Shown: positions 47,481 to 56,638 of the stretch, piece after piece
Position numbering within the stretch: position 1 is the stretch's first letter
Layout: every line of letters starts with the position of its first letter
NCBI GenBank assembly: GCA_002773855.1
Contig: PEZY01000012.1
Span: 297,613 to 361,612, forward strand
Reading direction: 5' to 3'
DNA length: 64,000 bases
Origin: Candidatus Buchananbacteria bacterium CG10_big_fil_rev_8_21_14_0_10_33_19
GTDB lineage: Bacteria; Patescibacteriota; Patescibacteriia; 2-01-FULL-39-33
Notes under the pieces: generated by a model
What the model was told of the DNA's origin: nothing
Databases searched by the model: none
The model's input: only the letters and a program-made list of their open reading frames with translations
Made by a program: the position numbers and the translations under genes

Positions 47481-48935
47481 TTATAAGCTACCTAAATCCA
47501 AATCATCATCAATTCTAATTTTCTCTACAAACTCTGGCATATGAGAAATTAAAATCATAGCCCCTTTATAGTCATTTATCGCTTCAGCGATTATTGGGAT
47601 ATGTCTAAAATTAATATGATTAGTTGGCTCGTCCAAAACAAGCAATCCCGGTTCCATTAGTACCAATCTGGCAAAAGCTAATAAACCCTTTTGACCTTCG
47701 GACAGATATGACACTTTATGCTCCATCAACTCGCCAGTGATTAAGAAATTAGCGGCCACGGCACGCATTTTTTGAACATCACGGTCATCAAACATGGCTT
47801 CTTTTAAAGAGTTGAAAACAGTATCGTCATAATTTAAAGTGGCAAAGTCTTGGCTGTAATACCCGACTCTAGTGCCATCTAATATTTTTACCCCTTCAGT
47901 GGTACCATTAACTAAACTTCGTAGTAGCGTGCTTTTACCAATACCATTGGGACCGGAAATTAAAAGTCGGCTTTGTTTTTGAAGAGTTTTTTCAACTGGT
48001 GTTTCTTTGGCTTCATGATTTTTAATCACTTTGACGGATTCTATGGTTACAATATTGCCAAAAATATCATCTTGGTTGGGAATTTTAAATTTTCTAATAG
48101 TTTTATCATCTTTTCGCACTTCCACCTTGTTGTCTTCCATTTCAGCGGTTTCATCCTTTAATTTTTTGGCCAATTTTCTCATTTTACCACCTTTATTGGC
48201 AAAGAAGTTGACTTTGTCTTTGCGATCCTGAATTTGTTTTTCTAGTTGAGCATTCTTCTTTTGCTCTCGTTCTACTTGGCTGTTAATTTCTTCTAGGGCA
48301 CTGTAATAGTCGCCCATGTATAATTCTAACTTTTGATTATGAATATTTAAATATAAAATAGCTTCAGTAAAACAATTTAAAAAATCGGCATCATGAGAAA
48401 TAACAATCACGGTTTTTTGATACATAATCAAAAAAGTTAACAAATGATCAATACCTTCTTTATCTAAATTATTAGTTGGCTCATCCAAAAGTAAAACGTC
48501 TGGCTTCTGAATCAAAGCGTAAGCTAAAAGCAATCTAGCTTGTTGACCACCGGATAAATCCCCCACTCGTCTATCTGTCGGCACAGTTAAATTAACCGCC
48601 TCCATGGCCTTATTAATTTCGCTATTAATATTTTTGGGAAGAACTTCAAAAGCGGTAGCAAAATATTCGTCGATAGTTAAATCCAAATCTGCTCTAGCTA
48701 TCACTTGCTTAGCAGTCCCAACTGTACCATTATTGGTCACGGAGATATTACCAGCATTCGGTTTTAGCTCCCCAGTAATTAATTTAAACATAGTACTTTT
48801 ACCAGCGCCATTTTGACCCATCAGGGTAACTTTAGCCCCTTTTCTAATACTAAAACTAGCCTCGTTTAAAACCGGCTTTTTATGTAAGTATTCAAATGAT
48901 ACTTCATCAAATCTTAGGATTACTTCCTCACTCAT
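47481..48935 (-). CDS. ABC-F family ATPase
   Basis: Two NBDs (GQNGAGKST/LSGGQ/LDEPTNNLD and GPNGIGKST/LSEGQ/LDEPTNH), a helical linker and no TM. Confidence 0.93.
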   Translation of the reverse strand: MSEEVILRFDEVSFEYLHKKPVLNEASFSIRKGAKVTLMGQNGAGKSTMFKLITGELKPNAGNISVTNNGTVGTAKQVIARADLDLTIDEYFATAFEVLPKNINSEINKAMEAVNLTVPTDRRVGDLSGGQQARLLLAYALIQKPDVLLLDEPTNNLDKEGIDHLLTFLIMYQKTVIVISHDADFLNCFTEAILYLNIHNQKLELYMGDYYSALEEINSQVEREQKKNAQLEKQIQDRKDKVNFFANKGGKMRKLAKKLKDETAEMEDNKVEVRKDDKTIRKFKIPNQDDIFGNIVTIESVKVIKNHEAKETPVEKTLQKQSRLLISGPNGIGKSTLLRSLVNGTTEGVKILDGTRVGYYSQDFATLNYDDTVFNSLKEAMFDDRDVQKMRAVAANFLITGELMEHKVSYLSEGQKGLLAFARLVLMEPGLLVLDEPTNHINFRHIPIIAEAINDYKGAMILISHMPEFVEKIRIDDDLDLGSL

Positions 48936-49239
48936 AATTTTAAATTAAAAAACAACTCTTATAGTGGAGTTGCAGATTTAAATCTGACTTTTAAATTGAT
49001 CTTTATTATACATTAATTTTCATATAAAGTCAATAATAAATAAAAACCTGCCAATAATATAGATAAAGACAGGTGTGAAGTGTGAGTTAAAGTCTATGAA
49101 AACATTTTGCAAGTCTTGACAATTTCTGATTTTAAGATTGCTAGGTCAACCTGTGGTGTCGAGTGCATAGTGACCGCTTCACCTCTTGTAACATCCTCAG
49201 TAATCGTTTTGTGTACGACGTTGTACCTGAGTCTCCTGG

Positions 49240-49455
49240 TTATTTAAAGCTGGTTAATCTTAATTTTCTCAGGATTACCGTAATACTTAGAAACAAGAAA
49301 AAAAAGAAACTTTCAAAAATGGCCAGAAAAATATTACCCCTAATTATAAACATAAGCACAAAAAATAAGAAAATTATTGTTGTTACTAGTATCAGCAGGT
49401 TCAAGAGGTCAACAATTAATATAAAAATATACGGAGTTTCATTGGTTTTTTTCAT
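49240..49455 (-). CDS. Small two-TM protein
   Basis: Two hydrophobic helices; AAGGA SD and a TTGACA promoter upstream. Confidence 0.6.
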   Translation of the reverse strand: MKKTNETPYIFILIVDLLNLLILVTTIIFLFFVLMFIIRGNIFLAIFESFFFFLFLSITVILRKLRLTSFK

Positions 49456-49522
49456 ATATATTCCTTTTTAAGGTTCTACGCAATTAATAATAACCTAGTA
49501 TAAAAAACTATTTTTGTCAATA

Positions 49523-50137
49523 TTACTCCGGCCATTCAGTGATTTGACCAATCTTAGTTTCAAAATGATCAGCTTTTCTAAGATTTCTGATTTGCTGAGT
49601 ATTTAATAATTTAAAATGTTTAACTTCTACCAAATATTCTGGAATATAAAAAACATCATCTGTTGTGTTCATCCAGTCCAATTTATCAAATCTTTTTAAA
49701 TTAACCGGCAATGAATAACTTCTAAGATTTTTACGGCCAAATTTGTCAGTGTATTCATGAAAATAACTCATTACTAATTCTCTAATAGAATTATAAATTG
49801 GTTCTCGATATCGCAAGGCCGCATGATTAGTTTTAGAGATAGCACCCCATTTGCCATATTTTTTAAATAAGGCTACGACATGATCAAAATCATTTTTATT
49901 GGCAGTTAAATCAAGTAATAGCGGTTGTTCACCAGCTAGACGCAGAGCTAAAGCCGCTAAAACGGCTCCTTCTATACAATGACAGGTATTATTTTTTAAA
50001 ACTGACATTGGTGACATGCAAGTATCACCGTTAGGCTCAAAATTTATGGGCATTTGATCTAAAAAATCTTGAATTTTAGTTGGGCTGTTTAACTTTTTTA
50101 AAATTTTAAATTCTGCTATTGGTATTATATTTTTCAT
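49523..50137 (-). CDS. Hypothetical protein, transglutaminase/cysteine-protease-like
   Basis: CHCIEGA..AA; DHVVALF; WGAISKTNH..LRYREP. Confidence 0.75.
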   Translation of the reverse strand: MKNIIPIAEFKILKKLNSPTKIQDFLDQMPINFEPNGDTCMSPMSVLKNNTCHCIEGAVLAALALRLAGEQPLLLDLTANKNDFDHVVALFKKYGKWGAISKTNHAALRYREPIYNSIRELVMSYFHEYTDKFGRKNLRSYSLPVNLKRFDKLDWMNTTDDVFYIPEYLVEVKHFKLLNTQQIRNLRKADHFETKIGQITEWPE

Positions 50138-50237
50138 AATAAAATTATATGTTTATCTTATTATAGCAAAATAATTTCTAATTATTTAATTATCTTTGCT
50201 TAGAATTGTTTACCATGTTACACTAAAAATAAAAGCT

Positions 50238-51488
50238 ATGAAAAATTTTATATTGTCATTATTTATTATAACCACTGCTTTTGTCTTGCTAGCTCCACTT
50301 GACGCATCAGCAGCCACTACAAAAGTAAGCGCCGATGATTTATTTGGTCGTTTAGTCTTGCAGGTAGAAAACGGCAACAAACTCTGGTATATCAATCCTA
50401 AAACCAAAGAACGTTGGTATTTACATAATGATGACGATATCAATAATTTAATCCAGGAAGTCGGTATTACCCCAACAGTTGATGAGTTCTCACAATTAGC
50501 TACTCACGCTAGATACACTACCCCAAAAGTTTTATTAACTAAATACGCTGGTAGAATTATAATTTCCCCCGAAGACAAAAATAAAACTTTCTTTTTAAAC
50601 AAAGCCGACGGCATCTTATACGGCATTGGTGACTATAATTATTTTTATAATCAGATTGGTAAAGTGATTGCTGCCAGAATTAACGATAGTCTACTTCGTC
50701 AATTAAAAATGAATACAACAGAAAGTTATGATCCAACTTTCTATGGTATTGCCTATGCTAAATATGATGGTGAAAATATTACTTCAGCTAATAAATATAG
50801 TCAAAGTGTTCTACCTTTAGCCTCTTTGTCTAAGGTTATGACTGCTATGGTGTTTTTAGATTCTGAATTTGATTGGGATGAGGAAGTAACCATTACTCAA
50901 GACGAAATTGATTATCCTTGTACTTTGCAACTCTGTGGTACAACCAGTGAAATAGACTTAAGAGTTGGTGATCGCATTAAAATTAAAGATTTGTGGGTGG
51001 GTATGCTGGCAGCCTCATCTAACCAGTCTGCTTATATTTTGGCCAATCACAGCGGTACTTCGACTGAATCTTTTGTTAAAAATATGAATAAAAAAGCCAA
51101 AGAGCTTGGACTTAAAAAAACCAAATTTATTGAAATGAGCGGTTTATCCGCTGACAATGTATCTACTGCTGAAGAATTTGCTAAAATAGCTAAGACAGCC
51201 TTTGCTGACCTTAGAATAGCTGATGCTACTGGCAGTACCAATTATACCTTTAATGTTATTCAATCAAATGGCACTACTAGATCAGTAACCGTTAACAATA
51301 GAAATTACAGTTTATTGGCTATGGGACCTAGAGCCAGCAAAAGTGGCTACTTGGTAGAAGCTCAAAGGAATGCGGTGATAGAAAAGAATGGTGAGATTAT
51401 TATCGCTATGCATTGCTATTCTCTAGATCAAAGAAATTCTATAATTAGTAACTTAATTAATGCCGGATCATTAGCCCTAGCCAATTAA
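50238..51488 (+). CDS. D-alanyl-D-alanine carboxypeptidase/endopeptidase (S11) with N-terminal surface domain
   Basis: LASLSKVMTA (SxxK), SSN (SxN), KSG; signal peptide from ATG 50238. Confidence 0.88.
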   Translation: MKNFILSLFIITTAFVLLAPLDASAATTKVSADDLFGRLVLQVENGNKLWYINPKTKERWYLHNDDDINNLIQEVGITPTVDEFSQLATHARYTTPKVLLTKYAGRIIISPEDKNKTFFLNKADGILYGIGDYNYFYNQIGKVIAARINDSLLRQLKMNTTESYDPTFYGIAYAKYDGENITSANKYSQSVLPLASLSKVMTAMVFLDSEFDWDEEVTITQDEIDYPCTLQLCGTTSEIDLRVGDRIKIKDLWVGMLAASSNQSAYILANHSGTSTESFVKNMNKKAKELGLKKTKFIEMSGLSADNVSTAEEFAKIAKTAFADLRIADATGSTNYTFNVIQSNGTTRSVTVNNRNYSLLAMGPRASKSGYLVEAQRNAVIEKNGEIIIAMHCYSLDQRNSIISNLINAGSLALAN

Positions 51489-51547
51489 ATTAAACCCAGT
51501 AAAAAACAAAAAACTGATATAAACAATCGGTTTTTTGTTTTGCTAAT

Positions 51548-53194
51548 TTAAAATTGATCCATAAATAATCTAACTATTCGTAATTCCTGATAAGAGAACG
51601 ACTCCCCTAATATTTCTCGCACTGGCGTTAATGATCGACCGCCGCTATGTTCAAAGGCTGTTTGAATGGTCGAAAATCGCTCTGAATCTGGCCTCAGATG
51701 TTCGATGTTTAATTCATCACCTCGAGCTCGTAACTTCTCTAGATGGCCAAATATAGTACTATCGGTCATACCTCGGCGATTAGCAATTTCTTTAATTGAT
51801 AATCCTTTGTCTAATAAATTTTTAGTTTCCAAATAAGTAGCACCAGGCACTTTTTTAATTGATACAGCTTTTTCTTTTTCAGTTGGTAAGATTGAATTTA
51901 AATAGGCTTGTTGGTCTTTTTCTAAAGCACTAGCACTTAAAGTTCGTATTCTTTCCTTAGCTTCTTGAGAATTAGCCAATAATTGCTTATCTAGTTCTAG
52001 CACTTCTTCATTAACTCTTAAAGCCATCTTATTAATCCCCTTTAATTTAATGCCTGATAATGTTCGTACTCGTGATAGGGCCACATAACCCATGCCTTGA
52101 ACAAAAGATTTAGACAAATCAATTTCAGCACTATCCAAACTCATGCCCTGACTTTTATGAACGGTAATCGCCCATGCTAATCGTAAAGGTATTTGAACAA
52201 TTTCTGCTTTAATACTTCCCTCGTCTTCAATAATCCAACTCATTGGTGCAGCCACAATTTGTTTATCAGAATAGGTTTCTACGATGGGAAAGCCCTCTTC
52301 GCTAAAATCCACTACATATCCTAAAGTACCATTAACATAGCCAGCTTCAAAGTTATTCTTAACAAACATCACTTTGGCTCCTTTTTTAATATACAATTTT
52401 TCTGGTGCCAAACAACCTTTTTTTAGGGCCTCAGCTAAAGCTTCTTTACCGTTATAACGCATCGAATAGCAAAATGTTTTACCAGCAATATTATTTAATT
52501 CTAATTCATTAATACTATCTACATCAATATTATGAGTATATAATTTAGTAGTGTCAGTATTAAATTCACTGTTACTACTATTTATTTCTAATTTAGAAAT
52601 GAGTTTTTGATCACAAGTATTAGAACGAATACCATTTAAAATTTTTATTAGGGTTTTATCTTCTTGACGATGTTGTTCGTCTAAGTAGCAAATTTTAAGA
52701 TCCATATTTTGCCAAATATCAGACTCAGAAATAAAATTTGATTTTTCTTGGGTGTTGCTAACTGGCGGTAACTGAAAAAAATCACCACACATTATTACTT
52801 GAATACCACCAAAAGGTCTATCGTCATTTTTAAAGCGACGACAGATTTGATTAATTAAATCTAACTGAAAAGAATGAAGCATTGAAACTTCATCAATTAT
52901 TAATACTTTGGCCGATTTTAGACGATTAACTAAATGTCGTTTTTTAAGGATTTTGCGCATTTCCTTATTACTAATACTATCGTGTACACCCATACCCGAC
53001 CAAGAATGAATGGTCATGCCGTTCATATGAGTAGCGGCGATACCGGTTGAAGCTGTGACGCCAACTGCTACGCCTTTAGATTTTAAATAATTAATATATT
53101 TATTAAGCAAATATGTTTTACCACTACCAGCTGGGCCAGTTAAACATACATTTTGACCCAACTTTAATATATTAAAAGCCGTTTTTTGATCCAT
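51548..53194 (-). CDS. PIF1-family helicase with C-terminal HTH
   Basis: GPAGSGKT; ASTGIAA; IIDEVSM; PFGGIQ...GDFFQLPPV; QIPLRLAWAITVHKSQG; YVALSRV. Confidence 0.92.
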   Translation of the reverse strand: MDQKTAFNILKLGQNVCLTGPAGSGKTYLLNKYINYLKSKGVAVGVTASTGIAATHMNGMTIHSWSGMGVHDSISNKEMRKILKKRHLVNRLKSAKVLIIDEVSMLHSFQLDLINQICRRFKNDDRPFGGIQVIMCGDFFQLPPVSNTQEKSNFISESDIWQNMDLKICYLDEQHRQEDKTLIKILNGIRSNTCDQKLISKLEINSSNSEFNTDTTKLYTHNIDVDSINELELNNIAGKTFCYSMRYNGKEALAEALKKGCLAPEKLYIKKGAKVMFVKNNFEAGYVNGTLGYVVDFSEEGFPIVETYSDKQIVAAPMSWIIEDEGSIKAEIVQIPLRLAWAITVHKSQGMSLDSAEIDLSKSFVQGMGYVALSRVRTLSGIKLKGINKMALRVNEEVLELDKQLLANSQEAKERIRTLSASALEKDQQAYLNSILPTEKEKAVSIKKVPGATYLETKNLLDKGLSIKEIANRRGMTDSTIFGHLEKLRARGDELNIEHLRPDSERFSTIQTAFEHSGGRSLTPVREILGESFSYQELRIVRLFMDQF

Positions 53195-53196
53195 AA

Positions 53197-53778
53197 TTAT
53201 TTACCCTTAAAGCTATTATGATCATTAAATTTTTCTGTCCACTCCTGTGGGTTGCCGTAATCAGCAAAATCTTTATACCAATTATGATAATTCTTAGGCT
53301 TATTGGCTGCTTTAACTGGACACCAATATCTTTCGGTCCGAGCACCAATTTCTGTAGCATAGGACAGTAAACCATTAACGTAACTACAATACAGACAATT
53401 AAACTTTTGAATAATATTTAAATAATCCAAAAATTTACGATCATAAATAAAATGATCTTTGCGTTTTACTTGTGGTATTTGATACAAAGTAAAGGCGGTT
53501 AAATTATAAAAAGTAATAAATAAATCCAGTAAAGCTACTGGGAAAATCATCATATAAATAAACGGTATGGAAGCAAAATGCCGAATATGTCTAGGAATAA
53601 TATATTTCCAAGTGGGTATTTTAAATTTTTTGTTTTTATTTCTAGTTTTTTCAAAAAAAACAATAGCACTTTTTCTGATAGAAAAGCCATATTTACCAGA
53701 TAATCTGGTATATTCTGATTTTAAAGCCTCATTTAACGAATCTATTTTTTCGATTATCTGTTTGATTTTTGATTCCAT
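53197..53778 (-). CDS. Membrane-associated hypothetical protein with Cys motif
   Basis: One hydrophobic segment; NCLYCSY.NG...EI.ARTERYWCP. Confidence 0.75.
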   Translation of the reverse strand: MESKIKQIIEKIDSLNEALKSEYTRLSGKYGFSIRKSAIVFFEKTRNKNKKFKIPTWKYIIPRHIRHFASIPFIYMMIFPVALLDLFITFYNLTAFTLYQIPQVKRKDHFIYDRKFLDYLNIIQKFNCLYCSYVNGLLSYATEIGARTERYWCPVKAANKPKNYHNWYKDFADYGNPQEWTEKFNDHNSFKGK

Positions 53779-53781
53779 ATT

Positions 53782-54177
53782 TTATTTATTTAGATAAGTA
53801 ATTGTTAATTGTAATATAGTAGCAAATGACACCCAAGCCAAATATGGAATTTGGATATAAGTAATCCAGCGAGCATATGGATAAATAGCTATCATCGCCC
53901 AAATTAGAGTAATTAAAACCAATAATATATCAATGGCCGCTAAAATGTTATTTTTTAAGCCAAATTGGAGTGGTGTAAACGATAAATTAAAAATAATATT
54001 CAAAACAAATGGCAACAAAACTATTAGAGCAATTTCTTTTTTTAAAGCCATATAAAAAACTTTACCAAAAGATATTACAATCAAAGCATACAAAAATGTC
54101 CAGACTGGGCCAAATAGCCAAGCTGGTGGTGACCAAGTAGGTTTAATTAATTGCGAGTACCAATTATAGGTTTGCAT
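53782..54177 (-). CDS. tspO: TspO/MBR tryptophan-rich sensory protein
   Basis: WY..LIKP.W.PP.W.FGPVWT.LY; PYLAWVSFAT.L. Confidence 0.92.
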   Translation of the reverse strand: MQTYNWYSQLIKPTWSPPAWLFGPVWTFLYALIVISFGKVFYMALKKEIALIVLLPFVLNIIFNLSFTPLQFGLKNNILAAIDILLVLITLIWAMIAIYPYARWITYIQIPYLAWVSFATILQLTITYLNK

Positions 54178-54192
54178 AAAAGTATAAATTAA

Positions 54193-54369
54193 TTATTTTT
54201 TTGTCCAGTCTTTAATAGAAATACCCAGTCCACTTTTTTTGACAATCACCTTTTGACCTTCACGCCATTTTAAATCTCTAATAATTTGAATTGGCACAGT
54301 GATAGTAAAACTAACACCTCGGCCAGTTTTACCAAGTTTTCTGATATTTTGTTTGTTTAATTTTCTCAT
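54193..54369 (-). CDS. AbrB/MazE/SpoVT-family DNA-binding protein, 58 aa (not in ORF track)
   Basis: MRKLNKQNIRKLGKTGRGVSFTITVPIQIIRDLKWREGQKVIVKKSGLGISIKDWTKK*. Confidence 0.85.
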   Translation of the reverse strand: MRKLNKQNIRKLGKTGRGVSFTITVPIQIIRDLKWREGQKVIVKKSGLGISIKDWTKK

Positions 54370-54389
54370 ATATTTTAGATAATTCTAGG

Positions 54390-54419
54390 TCCAGAGATAT
54401 CTCCGGAGATATCTCTGGA
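54390..54419. promoter_or_regulatory. Perfect 30-bp palindrome, likely an operator
   Basis: TCCAGAGATATCTCC-GGAGATATCTCTGGA, 20 nt upstream of the AbrB-like start. Confidence 0.65.
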
Positions 54420-54745
54420 GATGGCTTTATTATAACTCATTTATCATAATAAAAAAACCAAGAATTTTATATTATTGGTTAAATCTATTTTGTCAATTAT
54501 ATTGATTATTTTAATAAATAAAAAAAGTCCCTTCAACCGCCTGGCAGAGACAAAGAATTCAAGATTTAATACCCGCCGGCCGGTAGGGTTGGTGGTCAAT
54601 GCTCCCTAAGGTCGCATCACCAGATCGCTCGCCTTATTTGCTTCGGCTTCCGCCTCACTCATGGCTCACTTCCAACCCGTTCGAATCCCATCTGATCTTC
54701 AAACAAAATTAAAAACACTGGCATTAAGCCAGTGTTTTTAATTTG

Positions 54746-54816
54746 TTCGGGGGCAGGGATTCGAACCCCGATAGCCAGGACCAAAACCTGGAGTCCTACC
54801 ATTAGACGACCCCCGA
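54746..54816 (-). tRNA. tRNA-Gln(TTG)
   Basis: Acceptor TCGGGGG/CCCCCGA; anticodon arm CCAGG-TTTTGGT-CCTGG; T-arm GGGGTTCGAATCCC; no encoded CCA; terminator hairpin at about 54704-54745. Confidence 0.95.
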
Positions 54817-54831
54817 ATAACGGCAAGAAGA

Positions 54832-54939
54832 TTACTTGCCCATTTTATATTTGCCAGCTGTACCTTGCTTTCCTTTAGCTTTTTCTCGCCATTTTAGCTT
54901 GGGAACCTTTGCTCGTGGATCTCGTTTTGTCTTAGCCAT
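54832..54939 (-). CDS. 35-aa Lys/Arg-rich peptide, possibly a small ribosomal protein (not in ORF track)
   Basis: MAKTKRDPRAKVPKLKWREKAKGKQGTAGKYKMGK*; between ftsX and tRNA-Gln. Confidence 0.65.
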   Translation of the reverse strand: MAKTKRDPRAKVPKLKWREKAKGKQGTAGKYKMGK

Positions 54940-55015
54940 AAATTTATGTTTTTTAAAAACTCCCCAAAATTAAGGAGCATTAACAATATAACAGATAACT
55001 GACAAAAAATCAAGG

Positions 55016-55933
55016 CTAGACCTTTAAATACTTGCCCAGTGCCAAGCTACTGCTTATTATATTTAATAAAATAATACCTACTAACTGACTACCAAATATA
55101 GCTATAAAATTAGCATTAAAATAACCAACTAGATCAACATTTACTCCAGCAAAAAAGTTATTTAAGTGAGGTTGTATTAATGACAATATAAAATAAATAA
55201 CGCTAATAGCTATACCACAAGCAATTACCCCAGAAAATATATTTTCCAAAATAAATGGCGACCTAATAAAACTATTACTAGCACCAACTAATTTCATAAT
55301 GCCAATTTCTTGCTGATGAGTAAAAATAGCAATTCTGACGGTATTAAAAACAATTAATATAGCAATAATTATAAACATAAATGTTACTATCCAAGCTCCC
55401 CTTTTAACATTGTTGGTAATAGTATTAATATTATCAATGGCACTATGATGATCATCATAGCCCTTCTTTTCGATTAAATCCGAGTAAGCTGGATTGTCTA
55501 TGGCTTTTAATATTTCTGAATAATCGTTTAAATTTTTGGCTTTAACAATTAATGTTGCTCCCAGTGGATTGCCAGACAGCTCTTGTAATACTTCCTGAAT
55601 AACAGTGTCATCCTTTCGACGTTCAGTAAACACTCTTAAATTTTCATCTGGTGAAATATAAGTAATTTTTTCTACCTGAAGTAGGGTTTCTATATGTGAT
55701 TTAACTTCGGCAATTTTAGTTTCCCTAACATCTTGCTTAAAATAAACAGAGACATCTATTTTGTCTTTAACCGCAGCAATAGCTGAATCGGAAATAGCAT
55801 TAATTACCACCAAAAAATTAATCGATAAAAAAGTTAGAGCAATGATAAAAATTGTCGCTAGTGACAACCAAATATTACGCCAAAAAGATTGAATGGCGAA
55901 AATTATACTACGTTTTGCTGTTATTAAAATCAT
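55016..55933 (-). CDS. ftsX: Cell division permease FtsX
   Basis: Four TM; NPL; I.NTVR.AI....EI.IMKLVGAS..FIR.PF. Confidence 0.93.
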   Translation of the reverse strand: MILITAKRSIIFAIQSFWRNIWLSLATIFIIALTFLSINFLVVINAISDSAIAAVKDKIDVSVYFKQDVRETKIAEVKSHIETLLQVEKITYISPDENLRVFTERRKDDTVIQEVLQELSGNPLGATLIVKAKNLNDYSEILKAIDNPAYSDLIEKKGYDDHHSAIDNINTITNNVKRGAWIVTFMFIIIAILIVFNTVRIAIFTHQQEIGIMKLVGASNSFIRSPFILENIFSGVIACGIAISVIYFILSLIQPHLNNFFAGVNVDLVGYFNANFIAIFGSQLVGIILLNIISSSLALGKYLKV

Positions 55934-55944
55934 TTAAGTATTTG

Positions 55945-56631
55945 TTAAATTACATATTTACCAACTTTTTGATCTTGACTTACTTCCCCATTTTCTATGG
56001 TTACTACTCGCTTCTTTAGACCATTAACCACATCTTTATCGTGAGAGACTAAAACCACAGTAGTGCCAAATTCATTTATTTTTAATAATAAATCAATAAT
56101 TTCTTTAGAATTAATAGCGTCTAAATTACCAGTTGGCTCATCAGCTAATAATATTTTTGGTCGATGAATTAAAGCTCGAGCTATGGCTACACGTTGCTTT
56201 TCACCACCAGACATTTCCTGAGGGTAGCGATCTAATTTATCGCCCAAATCTACAATTTTTAAAACTTGAGGCACGATACTGTTAATGCGACTTTTAGTAG
56301 CTCCAGAAACTTCTAAGGCAAAGGCTACGTTTTCAAAAACAGTTTTTTTAGGCAATAATTTAAAATCTTGAAAAACTACCCCTATCTGTCTACGTAGTGA
56401 TGGCACTTGGCGACTTTTAATATTGGTAATGTCCCAACCACCAACAATAATTTTACCTTCACTAGAATCTGGTTTAATTTCCGAAATAAGCAAGCGAGCT
56501 ATGGTAGTCTTACCAGAACCAGATTGACCGACTATCGACACAAACTCACCTGGCTCGATATGCAGATTGATATTTTTTAGAGCCACAGTATTGGGTTCAA
56601 AAGTTTTACTGATATTTATAAGATGAATCAT
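55945..56631 (-). CDS. ftsE: Cell division ATP-binding protein FtsE
   Basis: GQSGSGKT; LRRQIGVVFQDFKLL; SGGEKQRVAIARA; ADEPTGNLD. Confidence 0.95.
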   Translation of the reverse strand: MIHLINISKTFEPNTVALKNINLHIEPGEFVSIVGQSGSGKTTIARLLISEIKPDSSEGKIIVGGWDITNIKSRQVPSLRRQIGVVFQDFKLLPKKTVFENVAFALEVSGATKSRINSIVPQVLKIVDLGDKLDRYPQEMSGGEKQRVAIARALIHRPKILLADEPTGNLDAINSKEIIDLLLKINEFGTTVVLVSHDKDVVNGLKKRVVTIENGEVSQDQKVGKYVI

Positions 56632-56638
56632 ATATAAA

